The notes under the pieces: generated by a model
What the model saw: the letters and a program-made list of their open reading frames with translations, nothing else
Database searches by the model: none
What the model was told of the DNA's origin: nothing
Made by a program: the position numbers and the translations under genes
In this document: piece by piece, positions 62,058 through 64,000 of the stretch
Numbering within the stretch: the first letter of the stretch is position 1
How the letters are laid out: each line of letters opens with the position of its first letter
Assembly: GCA_963727805.1 (NCBI GenBank)
Contig: CAVSHF010000003.1
Span: 1,824,001 to 1,888,000, forward strand
DNA: 64,000 bases
Origin: an uncultured Nitrospiraceae bacterium
GTDB taxonomy: Bacteria > Nitrospirota > Thermodesulfovibrionia > Thermodesulfovibrionales > Dissulfurispiraceae
Direction: 5' to 3'

Positions 62058-63359
62058 CTATGAGGAATAGCCACGCTCTCCGTGCTGGGAGATGTCGAGG
62101 CCCTTATGCTCATCATCTTCGTTGATCCTTAAGCCGACAATCATGTCAATAACTTTGAGCAGTATTATCGTTATGACAAAGGAATAAACAACACTAACAC
62201 CGACAGCTATGAATTGGGTGATAAGAAGGCCAGGATTACCGAAAAAAAGGCCGTTGCTTCCGGCGGGGTTGACGAGGGTCTGGGCAAAGAGACCCGTTGC
62301 AAGGGTACCAATAATTCCTCCCACCCCGTGAACACCGAATGCGTCAAGGGAGTCATCATATCCGAACTTAACTTTCATATTCAGTGCAACATAGCAGACA
62401 GCACCTGCTGAGAGACCTATGATTAAGGCCGACATGGGGCTGATGAAGCCCGACGCGGGGGTTACGGTGGCTAGTCCGGCAATTGAGCCTGTTGCTGCAC
62501 CGAACATGGTCGGTTTCCCCCTGTGCAACCATTCGATAATGACCCAGATGAGAGTTGCGGCAACTGCAGAAGTATGGGTCGCAACAAATGCCCATGTACT
62601 TAGGACTCCCGATGAAAGAGCGCTTCCGGCATTGAAGCCGAACCAGCCGAACCAGAGCAGGCCCGCGCCAAGAACTGTCATCGGGAGGTTATGGGGATAC
62701 ATGGCATCATGTGGAAATCCTTTTCGTCTGCCAATAACAAGAGCCGCGGCAAGTGCCGAGATACCCGATGAAATATGAACCACGACACCACCGGCAAAAT
62801 CCAGAGCGCCCATATTCTTGAGCCATCCGCCGGTTCCCCACAGCCAGTGGGCGATGGGATCATAGACAATCGTCGACCAGAGGACAACGAAAAGAAGAAA
62901 GGCTGAGAACTTCATGCGTTCGGCTACAGCACCCGTTATCAGCGCCGGTGTGATAACCGCGAACATCGCCTGGTAAATCATGAAGGCGAGATGCGGGACT
63001 GTCGGTGCATAGTCGGGATTCGGATTGGCACCGACGCCACATAGCCCAGCCCAGTCGAGGTTCCCGATGAAACCGTGGAAGTCCGGTCCGAAAGCAAGAC
63101 TATAGCCGAAAACTATCCATTGCACACTTATTATGGCAATGGCGATGAAACTCTGCATGAGCGTACCAAGTACATTCTTCCCCCTGACCATGCCGCCATA
63201 AAAAAGGGCAAGGCCGGGGGTCATCAACATCACGAGTGCCGCGGACAAGAGAACAAAGGCCGTATCACCCGAGTCGATCTTTGCCGGTGTGTCAGCAAAC
63301 GCGCAGACAGGGCTTGCCGTGAGCAGTAGGAAAACCGCAAAGAGCATCTTTGCTTTCAT
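62058..63359 (-). CDS. amtB: Ammonium transporter
   Basis: MTPGLA.FYGG, DFAGG.VVH, WFGWFGFNAGS, DDSLDAFGVHG. Start at ATG 63359 after GGAGG. Confidence 0.96.
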   Translation of the reverse strand: MKAKMLFAVFLLLTASPVCAFADTPAKIDSGDTAFVLLSAALVMLMTPGLALFYGGMVRGKNVLGTLMQSFIAIAIISVQWIVFGYSLAFGPDFHGFIGNLDWAGLCGVGANPNPDYAPTVPHLAFMIYQAMFAVITPALITGAVAERMKFSAFLLFVVLWSTIVYDPIAHWLWGTGGWLKNMGALDFAGGVVVHISSGISALAAALVIGRRKGFPHDAMYPHNLPMTVLGAGLLWFGWFGFNAGSALSSGVLSTWAFVATHTSAVAATLIWVIIEWLHRGKPTMFGAATGSIAGLATVTPASGFISPMSALIIGLSAGAVCYVALNMKVKFGYDDSLDAFGVHGVGGIIGTLATGLFAQTLVNPAGSNGLFFGNPGLLITQFIAVGVSVVYSFVITIILLKVIDMIVGLRINEDDEHKGLDISQHGERGYSS

Positions 63360-63416
63360 GAAAACCTCCATGGTACCGTTATCTAAGTTAATTCCGTATA
63401 GTAAGCAGTATTGCAA

Positions 63417-63433
63417 AGCCAGAATTGTACCAG
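63417..63433 (-). promoter_or_regulatory. sigma54 promoter for amtB
   Basis: CTGGTACAATTCTGGCT (GG-N10-GC). Confidence 0.65.
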
Positions 63434-63486
63434 AATCGATATTGTTGTTTTTAAAGAAGATTTAAGAGAATAGCTCGCTGTCAAAG

Positions 63487-63595
63487 CTACATTTTTGTAG
63501 GATATTTTAGGCAATAACTTGTTTTTTTATAGAGCACGCAATAGTTTACCACAATAAGCTGCAATTTTGTATGAACTACATTTTTGTAGGATATT
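63487..63595. promoter_or_regulatory. Duplicated palindromic activator sites
   Basis: CTACATTTTTGTAGGATATT occurs identically at 63487 and 63576; weaker CTGCAATTTTGTAT at 63559. Confidence 0.65.
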
Positions 63596-63837
63596 AAAGC
63601 AGAGCAGTACTGTCTATTCAGTCGCTCAATGCAATTGCCCGGAGGGATCAGACAATTCGAAAGTCTTTGATAACACTAAGTTCCATACACAGTTAGGGAA
63701 ATCCCAAAGATTTCTGCCGCCTCTTTCATCATGTAAATTACATTGCACGTTTGATGCCTGTTGCAACGGGCCGAGCCGGTATCCCTGCTCGGCCGCCGCA
63801 TTGGAGGGGTTGGAAGTCATCTTCCATTTTTCTATAT

Positions 63838-63854
63838 AGCCAGTTTCGTGCCAG
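63838..63854 (-). promoter_or_regulatory. Third sigma54 promoter
   Basis: CTGGCACGAAACTGGCT; related ACA-N4-TGT sites at 63899 and 63917. Confidence 0.6.
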
Positions 63855-64000
63855 AACGAAATCGCCTGTCTTCCAAGGCGTTAGACGATGTTCCATTCGC
63901 ACAATTCTGTAGAACAATACATATTTGTTGATTGCTGGTTTGTACGACTCTCGCCGTTTTTAAATGTCTTCTCTCTCTTACTTGCTTCTTCGCGGGCTGG

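Overview
Core-genome bacterial DNA of roughly 50% GC (estimated by eye). The gene set and protein styles suggest an anaerobic Nitrospirota (Thermodesulfovibrionia-like) or related deltaproteobacterial lineage; this is inference. No prophage, transposase, CRISPR array or defence island was seen. Contents in order: sixA-dCMP deaminase-nrdJ (NrdR-boxed promoter), tgt, tRNA-Leu(CAA), rpsT, leuS-lptE-holA, Moco/ccdA genes, pyk, rpmH-yidD-yidC-mnmE (without rnpA), pilB plus a Pil-Chp-type chemosensory cluster, a ~10 kb housekeeping run (NYN RNase, yicC, remA, gmk, rpoZ, coaBC, efp, accBC, thiE), peptidases, an orphan NarX-type kinase, a second RpoD-like sigma, a diguanylate cyclase and a sigma54-controlled amtB / GATase-glnB-glnA cluster. 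Signals the ORF track misses: (i) a 55-aa CxxC-U-CxxC selenoprotein with a clear SECIS hairpin heading the housekeeping run, followed by a Rae1/YacP-like RNase that apparently starts at ATT, with an anti-SD placed where Sec read-through could control it; (ii) loss of rnpA from its canonical locus; (iii) a 26-bp direct repeat flanking the MCP sensor module, whose deletion would give an in-frame soluble receptor; (iv) a sigma54 promoter and enhancer set pointing into an unannotated structured region upstream of amtB.
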